From Chiloscyllium plagiosum (Eukaryota): a stretch of DNA of 64,000 bases. The notes beneath the pieces are model-generated. The model was not told where the DNA came from. It made no database searches and saw only the letters and a list, made by a program, of their open reading frames with translations. Location of the stretch: the NCBI RefSeq assembly GCF_004010195.1, contig NC_057752.1:14162521-14226520 (forward strand). Direction: 5' to 3'. A program made the translations under genes and the position numbers. The first letter of the stretch is position 1; each line of letters starts with the position of its first letter. Shown here in pieces: positions 50,081 to 63,447 of this stretch.

Positions 50081-51109
50081 TTAGGGAAAGAAGATGGTTG
50101 TGCAGTGGTGATACTTGACTAGGGGATCCAGCCTGTCAAATCTAGGTTCAAATCTCACCATAACAGGCGGTGGTGAAATTCCAACGGAGCTCAGGGTTTC
50201 TGGGTAACTGCATGTTGAGCTGGAGTGTTATTGGGTGATTTTAACTGGGCGGGGGGGTCGACACATTGTCATCACAGACCCAGGAAGAGTGGACCAATTC
50301 CTTTGCTAACCACAACAGAGGCAACATTGGAGGTGACATTACCAGTTATATAGAGACATCAGAGCTTTATCACTACATGGGTGATTGGAAATGAAAAAAG
50401 ACTATTGTGTTCACCGACACACACCATCCCCAACAATATGAGGACAGTGCATTAGAAACTCAATATTGTTTTTCCAACAAATACCCAAGCACTTTCATGG
50501 GAACACCACCCTCTGCAAGTTCCCCTCCAAGCCCCTCACCATCCTGACTTGGAAATATATCGCCGTTCCTTCAGTGTCACTGGGTCAAAATCCTGGAATT
50601 CCCTCCCTCAGGGCATTGTGGGTCAACCCACAGCACATGGACTGTAGCGGTTCAAGATGGCAGCTCATCCCCACCTTCTCAGGGGGCAAGTTACATTATT
50701 TTAAAGACATTTGGACAGGTACATAGATAGGATAGGTTTAGAAGGATATGAACCAAGCACAAGCAAATGGGGCTAGTCTGGTTTGGGAAACCTGGTAAGC
50801 ATCGGTGGGTAGGCCGGAAGGGTCTGTTTCATGCTGTATGACTCTATAATTAGGGACAGGCAACAAATCCTGGCCCAACCAGTGACACTTACATCCCATG
50901 AATGAATAAAACAAAACCTCCAAAGCAATCAGTGTATAATTTAGACTGGTTCAAGAAAATATATTTCCTTTGCTGGGGGAAGATCACAAACAATTGGGAC
51001 ATCACTAAACATGTCTTCACAGAAAGAGTAGTGGAAATCTGGAAATTTCTTTCCTCCCTATAAGACAGTGGGTGCTGGGGATCGATTGAAATTTTGTGTT
51101 TGAGATTGA

Positions 51110-51390
51110 TTAGATTACTTACAGTGTGGAAACAGGCCCTTCGGCCGAACAAGTCCACACTGACTCTCCAAAGAGCAACCCACCCAGACCCATTCCTCTA
51201 CACTTAACACTACAGAAATTTAGCATCACCAATTCACCCGAACCTGCACATCTTTGGACTGTGGGAGGAAACCCACGCAGACACAGGGAGAATGTGCAAA
51301 CTCCACACAGTCAGTCGCCTGAGGCAGGAATTGAACCCGGGTCTCTGGTGCTGTGAGACAGCAGTGCTAACCACTGAGCCACCGTGCCAC
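51110..51390 (-). mobile_element. HE1-type V-SINE (left member of a head-to-head pair)
   Basis: gcagtgctaaccactgagccaccgtgcc head; tagattagatt tail. Confidence 0.85.
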
Positions 51391-51427
51391 CCACTATCTT
51401 GCCATGTGCTCCCAAACTGATGTTTTG

Positions 51428-51735
51428 CATGGTGGCTCTGTGGTTAGCACTGCTGCCTCACAGCGCCAGGGACCCGGGTTCGATTCCAGCCTCAGGCGAC
51501 TGTCTGTGTGGAGTTTGCACATTTCCCCCGTGTCTGCGTGGGTTTGCTCCGGGTGCTCCGGTTTCCTCCCACAGTCCAAAGATATGCAGATCAGGTGGAT
51601 TGGCCATGCTAAATTGCCCATATTGTTAGGTGCATTAGTCAGAGGGAAATGGGTCTGGGTGGGTTACTCTTTGGAGGGTCGGTGTGGACTGGTTGGGCCA
51701 AAGGGCCTGTTTCCACACTGTAGGGGATCTAATAA
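51428..51735 (+). mobile_element. HE1-type V-SINE (right member of a head-to-head pair)
   Basis: ggtggctctgtggttagcactgctgcctcacagcgccagggacccgggttcgattcc. Confidence 0.85.
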
Positions 51736-51741
51736 TCTCAG

Positions 51742-52354
51742 TGTTATGGACCAGATCAAACCTCCCTCAAAATACATTCAGAGGATAGCCCCTAACTTTT
51801 TCTGATTTGAAAGGTAAGCATAAGTACTGCATTCCAGATGCAATTCGATTGGTCAAACTACCAGCTTTGAGGCAAATCATATTTTATTCACACACTCTAG
51901 TTAAAATACGAAGAAAAAAATAAAGAATTGGCATAGCTGTAACTCTATTGAAATGCTTAACACAATGATAGATTAGTTAGCTACTAAACTCTTCTGATAT
52001 AGTAACATCCCATAAATGCACCCTTGGCAAAGGCAAATTCAGTAAACAGAATGTCTCATATGCAACTCCAGCAACAGGAAGACAATCACCAGCTTTTGGC
52101 TGTCACCAAGAGAGGGGTCAAAATAGCTTCCACTACTCTGAGCAACTGCAAACTAAAAGTCCTGGTTCTGTGGGAGCTGGCCCCCACCCAGTCAGACTGC
52201 TTCTATTGTTTCAACTTGAAAAAAAACCCAAGGTCTCACAAGCTGTTTACTTTATTGGATCCGAATAGACAGCTCAGCACCTCTGTCTTAAAACCTCTCT
52301 TCAAAACAAAAACCAGGACAAAATACACCTCTTAAAGCCCATAGTATCCTCAAA
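51742..52354. mobile_element. Probable solo LTR
   Basis: Starts TGTTATGG, ends atcctcaaa (degenerate CA end), with a 4-bp tcag direct repeat on both sides; homologous to 38127-38926. Confidence 0.6.
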
Positions 52355-53919
52355 TCAGTCAAGGCAGGAATCAAACCCACGCTATTACATCACTCTGCAT
52401 CGCAAACCAGCTTTCCAACCCCACGACAGTTAAACCAGTCAGTACATCATTTTTGAATGGTGCATTGCTTTAAAGCATCAATATAGTGCCTTTAACAGAA
52501 CACTTCACCGGAGTGTTATCAGACAAACTTTGAAAATGTCACAAAGGCATTTTTTTCAAATGTCACAGCAGTTTCACCAGCAACGGTAGCCAGAGCATTC
52601 GACTCACTACACAGATATTTTCCGAATCAACTGCCCAGACATATCGTGGCATAGATCTGGAGCAGAGGGACCTCAAACCCAGAGCCCCCCAGCTCAAAGA
52701 CAGGGGCACTACTGCTGTGCTCTTACCATTGCAATGCACCTCTATCCCAGAATATAGCAACTGCAGGAAATCTGCACCCACTTATGTACATGCACTTGGG
52801 AATAAGTACTTAAGTGAATACTCTGAAAAAAGACACATTTAGTCAAAGCTTTGTAATCTTGCATGCATCATGACAATTTGCAAGAACAGCAGTATAAAGG
52901 GAAACATTATTTGCCCTTGTTAACCGATCAGTACACTTTCCTCATATCGGATAAAAACATTGTTGTCTCTTTAACAAATGTTTCGGACTGAGTTGAGGAG
53001 GAACTTCTTCACCCAAAGGGTTGTGAATCTGCGGAATTCCCTGCCCAGTCAGGCTACCTCGTTTTTAAGGCGACGATAGATAGATCTTTTTGAGCAGTAA
53101 AGGAGTTAAGAGTTACAGTGAGAGGGTGAGTAAGTGGAGCTGAGGCCACAAAAACATCAGCCATGATGTTATTGAATGGCGGAGCAGGCTCGATGAGCCA
53201 GATGGCCTACTCCGAGTTCTTATGCTCCTATGTTTCAACAAAAATGCATTTTTTTAAAGCAATAGTCATGTTCTGTACCACCAAACGACCACTTCAATGA
53301 AGGAAGAATTCCCAGCATCTCCAAACTGTTTTCCAAAACAGCCGCAAAGCCAACCAAGTTCTGCTGAAGTGTCGTCGCTGTTGGAATGTAGGTAATTTGC
53401 GGCAGGTAATTTGCGCTCAGCAAGCTCCCACAAACAGCGGTGAGGTAAGTGATCAACTCAAGCTGCTTTGGTGGGGTTTTGGTTGAGGGAAGGGTCAGGA
53501 CACCGGGGAGAATTTCCCTGCTCTTCTCTACCACAGTAGCCATGTTGGGGGGTTGGTTGGCTCAGGTAGGTCGACAGATGGTTTCCAATACAGAGTGATG
53601 CCAAGGGCACCGGTTCAATTCTCACACTGAGGCTGAGGTTACCATAAGGATTGTGCCTGCCTGAGGGGTGATTCCCATCAGATGACCACCAGTCATCTCT
53701 TGCCCTGTCTAATGAGAGAGTGGGGCTCTAGACTGGATTATGAAATTAAAGATTTACTATTGTCACCTGTACCTGGGTACAGTGAAAAGTTTTGTTAGCA
53801 GCACAAGAATATCATACCATACATTAGGGTGTACAATGTCACAGCTGCAGAGAAAGTGCACAAAGAGGGAGATCAACATTAAGTTTAAAATTTGAGAGGT
53901 CCATTCAGAAGTCAAATAT

Positions 53920-54218
53920 GGGCGGCACGGTGGCACGGTGGTTAGCACTGCTGCCTCACAGCGCCAGAGACCCAGAGTTCAATTCCCGCCTCAGGCGACT
54001 GACTGTGTAGAGTTTGCACATTCTCCCCATGTCTGTGTGGGTTTCCTCCAGGTGCTCCAGTTTCCTCCCACAGTCCAAAAATGTGCAGGTCAGGTGAATT
54101 GGCCATGGGAAATTGTCCGTAGTGTTAAATGTAGGGGAATGGGTCTGGGTTGGTGGCGGGTCGGTGTGGACTTGTTGGGCCGAAGGGCCTGGTTCCACAC
54201 TGTAAGTAATCTAATCTA
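53920..54218 (+). mobile_element. HE1-type V-SINE
   Basis: gggcggcacggtggcacggtggttagcactgctgcc head; taatctaatcta tail. Confidence 0.85.
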
Positions 54219-54249
54219 AACAGTGGGGAAGAAACTGTTCTTGGATCCA

Positions 54250-55720
54250 TGTTGAAAGAAGTGTTGCTACAATTATATAAGGTGTTGGCGAGACCACATC
54301 TGAAATATTGTGTCCAGTTTTGGTCTTCTTACTTGAGGAAGAATGTGGTGGCACTGAAGGCAGTTCAGAGGAGCTTCACCAGGTTGTTAGGTACATCAGT
54401 CAGAGGAAGGTGGGTTACTCTTCGGAGGGTCGGTGTGGACTTGTTGGGCCTGTTTCCATACTGTAGGGAATCTAATCTAATCTTGATCCCAGGGATGAAA
54501 GGGCTGTCATACAAGGAGACATCGAGTAGCTTGGGTTTTTACTCGCTGGAGTTCAGAGGAATGAGGGTGTCGGATCTGATTGCGGTATAGAAAATGCTAA
54601 AGGGGATTAATAAGGTGGACATTGGACAGATATTCCCTCTTGTGGGACAGTCTCAACCAAGAGGGCAGAGATATCGAGTGAAAGGAGTCAGTTCAAAACT
54701 GACCTGAGGAGCGATTACTTCTCTCAGAGGATTGCGAATCTGTGGAACTCACTGCCTCAGGCCTAGGAGTACATATACATAGTTCATTGAATGTAGTGTC
54801 ACAGGTAGACAGGTTGGTGAAGAAGCCATTTAGCATGCTGACCTTCATCGGTCGAGTTATTGAGTATAGGAGTTGGGACGCTCTGTTACAATTGTATAAG
54901 TTGTTAGTGAGGTGAAAATGTGTTGCTCGAAAAGCGCAGCAGGTCAGGCAGCATCCAAGGAACAGGAGAATCGACATTTCAGGCATAAGCCCTTCTTCAG
55001 GAATGAGGAAAATGTGCTCAGCAGGCTAAGATAAAAGGTAGGGAGGCCACCCTTGGAGTATTGTGTACAGTTTTGGTTACCCTGTTATAGGAAAGACATA
55101 GTTAAACTGGAAAGAGTGCAGAGAAGAGTTACGAAGATGTTGTCAGGACTAGTAGGCTTGAGTTATAGGAGAGGTTGGCCAGGATAGGACTTTACTCCTT
55201 GGAACATAGGAGAATGAGGTGTATAAAATCTTGAGGGGCAGAGATAAGGATGAACGCATATAGTCTTTTTACCCAGGGATGGGGAACTGAAAACTAGAGG
55301 GCATAGGTTAAAGGTGAGAGGGGAATGATTTAGCAAGGACCTGATGGGCAATGTCTTCACGCAGAGAGTGGTGTGCGTATGGAACGGGCTGCCAGAGAAA
55401 GTGGTTGAGGCAGATACAATAGCAACATTTAAAAAACCTTTGGATAGGTACATGGATGGGAGGGTTTAGAGGGAAATGGACCAAATGCGGGAAATTGGAA
55501 CTAGCTGAATGGACACTGGGGTCAGCATGAACCAGTTTGGGCCGAAGGGCCTATTTCCATGCTGTATTATTCTAGGACTGAGTGCAGTGGAGATAGAATC
55601 AATCAACAGATTCAAGAAAGAAATAGATGTGTTTTTGATGGAAAGCAGGATAAAGGGCAATGGGGAACAGGCAGAAGAGCGGGCTCTAAGAGCTCTATTG
55701 CCTCCTCCCGCTCAGAATTC
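54250..55720 (+). mobile_element. Nested cluster: old CR1 containing a SINE tail and a younger CR1, which in turn contains a PLE terminal repeat (~54913-55043)
   Basis: CR1 ORF2 C-terminal motifs interrupted near 54385, 54760 and 54913; hammerhead-like core at 54973-55000 (-). Confidence 0.7.
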
Positions 55721-56206
55721 CCATGTCCCTGTGTTTGTTCCTATCTTGTAACCAGGAGATCTGCATCTGTCCCTGAGGCCCTCAGTTCAATGGCTCCTCT
55801 AAAACACATATACCCTGCTTCATTAACAGGACCTTGGCTTGTGTGTGTACAGGGGAGGAGTGTTGGACGATAGTGAGGTGGGGACGGTTCGATCTGAAGA
55901 GGAGATGCATGATAGGACGGTGCTTTTCACTCCAGCATCTCCCAACAAGATGTCAGGAGGGATTTTGTTGCCTTCTGAAGTTCAATTATTTTGATAAATG
56001 AGTTGAAGGGGGAACAGGCAGGACCAAACAGCAGACAGCTGTTACATTGCAATTACAGGGAGCAGAGGAGCCACTTCAAATGATGATGGATGGAAACTGG
56101 TTTTCAGCTGTTTATCTATTCCAGTCAGCTGCCTGGGCTAGAAAGGAGGCAGTGTTTGCTGCGATTAATCTCTCCTCAATCCTTATTCAGGCTCCGCAGT
56201 TTCACA

Positions 56207-57912
56207 TCATAGAATCCCTACGGGATGGGGAAAACCATTTGGCCCAATGAGTTCACACGAAACAGCATCCCACCCATACCCTATAACCCCACATTTCCCC
56301 ATGGCTAACCCAGCCAACCTGCACATCTCTGGACACTATGGGACAATTTAGCATGGCCAATCCCACGCTAAACTGCACATCCCTGGGCACTATGGGACAA
56401 TTTAGCATGACCAATCCACCCTAACCTGCACATCTCTGGACACTATGGGACAATTCCCATGGCCAATTCACCCTAACCTGCACATCCCTGGGCACTATGG
56501 GACAATTTAGCACAGCCAATTCACCCTAACCTGCACATCCCTGGGCACTATGGGACAATTTGCATGACCAAATCACCCTAACCTGCACATCCCTGGGTAC
56601 TATGGGACAATATAGCATGGTCAATCCACCCTAACCTGCACATCCCTGGATACTAAGGGACAATTCCTATGGCCAATATATCCTAACCTGCACATCCCTG
56701 GGCACTATGGGACAATTTAGCATGGCCACTCCACCCTAACCTGCACATCCCTGGGCACTATGGGACAATTTAGCATGGCCAATCCACCCTAACCTGTACA
56801 TCCCTGGGCACTATGGGACAACTTAGCATGGCCAATCCACCCTAACCTGCACATACCTGGGCACTATGGGACAACTTAGCAAGGCCAATCCACCCTAACC
56901 TACACATCCCTGGACACTATGGGACAACGTAGCATGGCCAATCCACCCTAATCTGCACATCCCTGGGCACTATGGGACAATTTAGCACAGCCAATTCACC
57001 CTAACCTGCACATCCCTGGGCACTATGGGACAATATAGCATGGCCAATCCACCCTAACCTGTACATCCCTGGGCACTATGGGACAATTTAGCATGGCGAA
57101 TCCACCCTAAACTGCACATCCCTTGACACTATGGGACAATTTAGCATGACCGATCCACACTAACCTGCACATCTCTGGACACTATGGAACAATTCCCATG
57201 GCCAATTCACCCTAACCTGCACATCCCTGGGCGCTATGGGACAATTAAGCATGGCCAATCCACCCTAACCTGCACATCCCTGGACACTATGGGACAATTT
57301 AGCATGGCCAATCCATCCTATCATGCACATCTCTGGGCACCATGGAACAATTTAGCACGGCCAATTCACCCTAACCTGCACATCCCTGGGCACTATGGGA
57401 CAATTTAGCATGGCCAATCCACCCTAACCTACACATCCCTGGGCACTATGGGACAATTTAGCATGGCCAATGCACTCTAACCTGCACATCCCTGGGTACT
57501 ATGGGACAATATAGCATGGTCAATCCACCCTAACCTGCACATCCCTGGGCACTATGGGACAATTCCTATGGCCAATATACCCTAACCTGCACATCCCTGG
57601 GCACTATGGGACAATTTAGCATGGCCAATCCACCCTAACCTGCACATCCCTGAGCACTATGGGACAACTTAGCATGGCCAATTTACCCTAACCTGCACAT
57701 CCCTGGGCACTATGGGACAACGTAGCATGGCCAATCCACCCTAACCTGCACATCTTTGACTGTGGGCAGAAACCGGAGCACCCGGAGGAAACCCATACAG
57801 ACACGGGGAGAATGTGCAAACTCCACACAGACAGTTGCCTGAGGCTGGAATCGAACCCGGGTCCCAGTCGTTGTGAGGCAGCCATGCTAACTACTGAGCC
57901 ACTACACTGCCC
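56207..57912 (-). mobile_element. HE1-type V-SINE with a greatly expanded internal repeat
   Basis: SINE head at ~57755-57912 and tail at ~56207-56300 enclose the array. Confidence 0.85.
56317..57755 (+). repeat. 53-bp minisatellite, 27 copies
   Basis: Unit cctaacctgcacatccctgggcactatgggacaatttagcatggccaatccac; copies counted by eye from the gg(g/a)acaa motif. Confidence 0.95.
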
Positions 57913-58296
57913 AATGTAATGTCAGTTATTCTGGCAGAGGGGGCAAGAGGACCTTTCAGCATTGCTGACGCTTTCAGTGGACTTCCCCCCTCCTCCCAGC
58001 CACAAGTTTTCTTTTGGGGTGTTGAAGGATGATGTGGAGTTGGCGGGTGTCCCAGATTTTCATGCACAGCGGTGGGAAGGTATGTTTCGTCGCATCACTG
58101 TGAATGTCCTCACTCTAATTCTAAGGCTGTACCCTTTTTAGTTCTGGACTGCCTCCCCTCCCCATCGGAGGAAACCGTTTTTCTGTCTCCCCAGTGAATT
58201 CCCTTCACCATATTAAACACCTCAATGAGTTCACACCTTAATCTTCTGGACCAAAGGGATACAAGCCAAGTCTATGCGAATTGTTGGAACAATGGT

Positions 58297-58800
58297 AAAG
58301 ATGTTGCAAAACTTGAAAGGGTTCAGAAAAGATTTACAAGGATGTTGCCAGGTTGGAGGATTTGAGCTATGGGGAGAGGCTGAACAGGCTGGGGCTGTTT
58401 TCCCTGGAGCGTCGGAGGCTGAGGGGTGACCTTATAGAGGTTTATAAAATCATGAGGGGCATAGATAGGGTAAGTAGGCAAGGTCTTTTCCCTGGGGTGG
58501 GGGAGTATAGAACCAGACCACATAGGCTTAGGGTGAGAGGGGAAAGATATAAAAGGGACCTGAGGGGCAACGTTTTCACACAGAAGGTGGTACGTGTATG
58601 GAATGAGCTGCCAGAGGAAGTGGTGGAGGCTGGTACAATTGCAACATTTAACAGGCACCTAGATGGGTATATGAATAGGAAAAGGTTAGAGGGATATGGG
58701 CTAAATGCTGGCAAATGGGACTACATTTACTTAGGATATCTGGTCGGCATGGACTGGTTGGACTGAAAGGTCTATTTTCATGCTATATATCTCTATGGCT
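58297..58800 (+). mobile_element. 5'-truncated CR1 LINE
   Basis: ORF 58353..58766. Confidence 0.9.
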
Positions 58801-60764
58801 GTTTAATTGAATTCATCCCAATCCCATTCTGGTAACACTGCCTTGCAGCTTTTCTAACATGGATACATCCTTCCTGAAGTATGGTGCTACAATATTCCAG
58901 GTGCGTTTTTACACAACGGTAGCCTCACTTCCTCCCCTTTGTAGTCCAAGCCCTTCGAGACAAAGACCAACATTGCAGTAGAGCCCTTTGATGCTTTGCT
59001 CGCAGCTGCCCAGTGCCTTCCAACGCTTTGATGACTTTGGTCAGCCGGTGCTTAAAGTAGACTTCAATTGTGTAAATCGTGCCCACCCGCAGAAGCCAGA
59101 AGTTCTGAGAGAGCCTGCTCATGGAGCAAGGAATTTGAAATAGAATCCAGCTTTGAAGCTCTGGTGAGAGGAACAGGGGAACTCTGACATTCCGGCGGGA
59201 ACTTGGGGAGCCTATTGTCACTCAGTTGACTGAGCTTACGCCACAAGATATTATTAACATAAATTCCTGTCCAAATGAGGCGACACTATTCCAATGGTGA
59301 GGGCCTCAAGGCATTAAAACCCAACACATCAATATGGGCCTGGAGTCACATGTAGGCCCAGACCAAGAGTGGATGGCAGTAGATGACTCTATAACTGTCA
59401 AAGTTCTAACTCGATAACAATGATAGTATCCGCTGCTGTCCTTCCCCTGTCTGGTCTACACGTGACTCCAGACCCACACCGATGTGATTGGCTCTTAACT
59501 GCCCTTTAGGGAATAGCCAGCAATGAATAAGTGGTCATCATTAGGTTCTTAATTCCAGATTTTTCATTACATTCAAATTCCACCATCTGCTGTGGCAGGA
59601 CTTGAACCCAGGTTGTCAGAACATCAGCTGAGTTTCTGGATTAACAGCCCAGTGATAATACCACTAAGCCATCACCTCCCCTTACTGCTTGCTCTCCCTG
59701 GCCTCCCCTCAAGCTAACCTGGGAGGATACATCAGGTACTGCTCATGTATGATGCCTCTTGAACGGGTTAGATAGAGGAGGCATTGAGTAAATGTCATTG
59801 TGTGTGGAGTGGGGGGGGGGTGCGGAGTTCAAAACCAGGGGCCAAAAATATGAGATAGTCACAAATAAATCCAGCAGGAATTTCAGGAATTACCCTCTCA
59901 GAGACTGTGGAAACTGCTCCCTAAAGTGTATACATATAACATAGAACAGTACAGCACAGTACAGGCCCTTCGGCCCTCAATGTCATATTCACCTTTCATC
60001 CTACTCTAAGATCAAACTAACCTACATACCCATCATCGTACTATCATCCATGTGCCTATCCAAGAGTCACTTAAATGTCCCTAATGTATCTGACTCTGCT
60101 ACCACCACATTGCATGTACCCACCACTCTCTGTGTAAAGAATCAAGCTCTGATGTCTCCCCTAAACCTTCCTCCAATCACTTTCCACGTTGAAAGGAAAG
60201 CTGGATAAACGCACGGTAAAGGGCAAGCTACCAAGGAACCTGAGGACTGCTTCAGCATTCGGAAGAGAGAGATGTCTGGCAGTGAGCGTAATGGAAACGT
60301 CACGGTGTCATGGGCAAAGCAGAGAAGATGGAATGGCAGCAGGTGTAGGAATTGAGTCTGTGTTGTTGGCATCACTCACCAGCAATCCAGCCAACTGAGC
60401 TAACCCTGCCAACGCAGGAGGGAAGGAAGGAGTGGAAGGACTGAAAGCACTGTGCATGCTGTAAATCAGAGACAAAAACTGGAAAAGCTCAGCAGGGCTG
60501 GAGAGAGAAACAGGGTCAACGTTGAGTGACCCTGCCTCAGACCTCTGTTTTAGTTGAATCCCTGGGATTTTATTGACTTCATGCAGGATGCAGACATGCC
60601 AACAGGAGTGCGAGTGGGAAGACATAACGCTGCGTGAACACACGAGCTGGTACGTGTGATAAGGGGAACAGCTTGAAGTGTACTCAACCTTCTGCAAAGT
60701 GAAGGATGAGTGTTAGAACCGGGCAGGGGTAAGGCAGTGTAACCTCGCTGAGAGTCAGCACCTT

Positions 60765-61282
60765 TACAGAGTCATTGAGATGTGCAGCACGGAAACAGAC
60801 CCTTCGGTTCAACCCGTCCATGCCAACCAGATATCCCAACCTAATCTAGTCCCACTTGCCAGCACTTGGCCCATATCCTCTAACCCCTTCCTATTCATAT
60901 ACCCAATTTTTAAATGCTGTAATTGTGCCAGCCTCCACCACATCCTCTGGCAGCTCATTCCATACACACACCACCCTCTGTGTGAAAACATTGCCCCTTA
61001 GGTCTCTTTTATATCTTTCCCCCCTCACCTCAAACATGTGCCCTCTAGCTCTGGACTCCCTTACCCCAGGAAAAAGACCTTGTCTATTTACCCTATCCAA
61101 GCCCCTCATGATTTTATAAGGTCACCCCCTCAGCCTTTGACACTCCAGGGAAAAATAGCCCCAGCCTATTCAGCCTCTCCCTGTAGCTCAAACCCTCCAA
61201 CCCCGGCAACATCCTTGTAAATCTTTTCTGAACCCTTTCAAGTTTCACAACATCTTTCCGATAGGAAGGAGACCAGAATTGA
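60765..61282 (-). mobile_element. 5'-truncated CR1 LINE
   Basis: ORF 60891..61109. Confidence 0.9.
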
Positions 61283-63447
61283 ACGGGCTATTCAGGGAAG
61301 GAAGATGTATAAATCAGACTGGAGGAGAGAGACAGTATTCACTAAAGATGCTTGGAAAGAGCTCACACACATCGCTCCACAGATGAAAATTGGCTCCACG
61401 GTTATGAAACTCCCCTGAGCCTTTAAAGAAACGTTCCATTGGTTTTGTGGTGAAGGCAAGACCACAGGGAGGATGTTATTTCGTTTACTTGAAATTGGCC
61501 CCACTTGGATCCACAGGTGAGGAGGGAAATTCCACTGCCTGATCCACTCAAAAGTGAACCCCTTCTGGTGAACCAGTGGTGAGAGGTTGGGGCTGCAGGA
61601 CATGGCGGAGAAGAAGGCATGGGCAGATGCCACAGTGACATTGGCATCCAGGGCAGGACATGCCATGTCATTACCAGTTGAGGGCATTGGAGGGGGAGGA
61701 GGGGGGCACTCTTGGGAAGGGTGAGATTGCCTAATAAAAGTGGGCTTAAAAATATCAAGCAAATCGAAGGAATTCCACTCCCCCCCCCCCACCCCCACCC
61801 CCACCAATTAGCAGTCTCTTTATGTTCAATACCTCCATTTCTTTCTCCTTCATTGAGTCTGGGCTTTTGACTCTTTTGATGTAGGTGTGGGTACGTGCCC
61901 AGCTGGTGGCAAGCTTCGCCATGTCGGAGAGTCTGCCCACGGCCTGCCCCGCCTTTCAAATAAAACAGGGTTGGCAAATCCATGGATGAGCCCCTGAGCC
62001 TCTGAGGCACGCATGGGCTGAGGATTGACCCTCCTCGCCGTTGGCAGCATTCGCTTGCTCGAGGGGGCAGCTTCGCACACGGAGTGATCATGCCCGCGGA
62101 TGGCAGAAGCGATGGGTTCCCCCCCCGCCATGGCAATGACGGAATAATCCTCAACTTGGGAATGGAAGGGGTGGGGAAGAGAGAGGGAGAGTCTCTCTGA
62201 TATTATGCCCAGAGTACAGAACCAGGAGCTGGTATAGAATGCGCGAGGTGACGATGTTGGGGCAATGGGTAGGTGGCAGAGATTTTTCTATACCCTGCCA
62301 CATGTCCCCCACCTCACACTGCCCTTCCTATATTCCCTCAGTCCCTGCTCAGAATGGAAAAAAAACCTTCCTAACCTGTGCTCAGTAAAAAAACCACCCA
62401 AACCATCCCTTGCATTCATTGCAAAGGAGTGAATCATCTCAGCTGTGTCTCCTGGATAAATAGACTGTCCAGAGTACATACTAATGAGCCTTAAATGAGA
62501 CATTTGATTATGAAACATGTCTATCTATCGAGCCACAAAGTACACCATTTACTCTTTAAATTAAGCGAGGTTATTAATGTTTGACTAGATTTCAGAATGA
62601 GAGAATTCCACACGCCCAATGTCCACATTTGTAACAGACTACATATTCCCGTTAACTGGGATCGAGTGCTAGACCACACAGACATACCTCTGACAGCTGT
62701 CCGTCGTATCTTGCATGCACCAGACAAATCCAGATCAATTCGATCTCGAGACGTCAATGCCAATAGTCTAGGAGTGTTCTTTAAACAGACCCAAACTTAA
62801 CAGAGAGAGTCAGAGAGAGAGAGAGAGAGATCACAGGCACACACCATCGCACAGCCAAAGGAAAAGAAATAGGAATTAAGTTTCAACAGTCCACCCCTCA
62901 TTGTCATAGCCAGTCCCCTGGACTAAATCTGTTCCTTCAGTTTCCTGTTTCTCTCTGTACCCTTGGCAGCAGTCACTATATGGATGTGGGAGAAACTCAA
63001 ATGTTCTCTTATTGCTGTCTCTTCCTGTCTGGCCAGGCTCCACGGCTCATATTTTCTTATTTTGCAGCCCTAATAGTGCATTTCCTATGTAATTCTCCCA
63101 TTCCTGCTTGTAAAGGCCTCTCACTTTATCATCTATTTGACACGTTAATGCAATACAGATTGCACCATTCACGTGCGTTCAATTGCAACGCTCCACAGTT
63201 TTGCTGCGTTTGTGGTTTTTGCTTTTGTTTTGAAATTCCAGAAATGCGATTTTTTTTTAAATCTGAGGAACTCGCAACAGCATTTAACTTGGAGTTCTAT
63301 TGTCCAGCAATTAGGAGTTTAGGATTTAGATCTTAATCTTTCAGCTGAGGAGTTGGAACTTACCCTCAGACTACATAACATTACACGGAATTTGCAACAT
63401 AGCAGCTGACCATTCGGGCCAACTGATCCATGCCAGGGTTTGTAATC

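Noticed and set aside
56317..57755. Regular repeat array resembling CRISPR
   Set aside because: The units are contiguous with no unique spacers, derive from a SINE, and have no cas genes nearby; the DNA is vertebrate.
58925..60697. Minus-strand ORFs with good-looking acceptors near 59160 and 60692
   Set aside because: No recognisable protein and no convincing donor or frame chain; cannot be supported from sequence alone.
61292..62154. Overlapping 243-aa and 171-aa minus-strand ORFs
   Set aside because: The sequence is GC-rich and low-complexity with no recognisable domain; it is probably repeat-derived.
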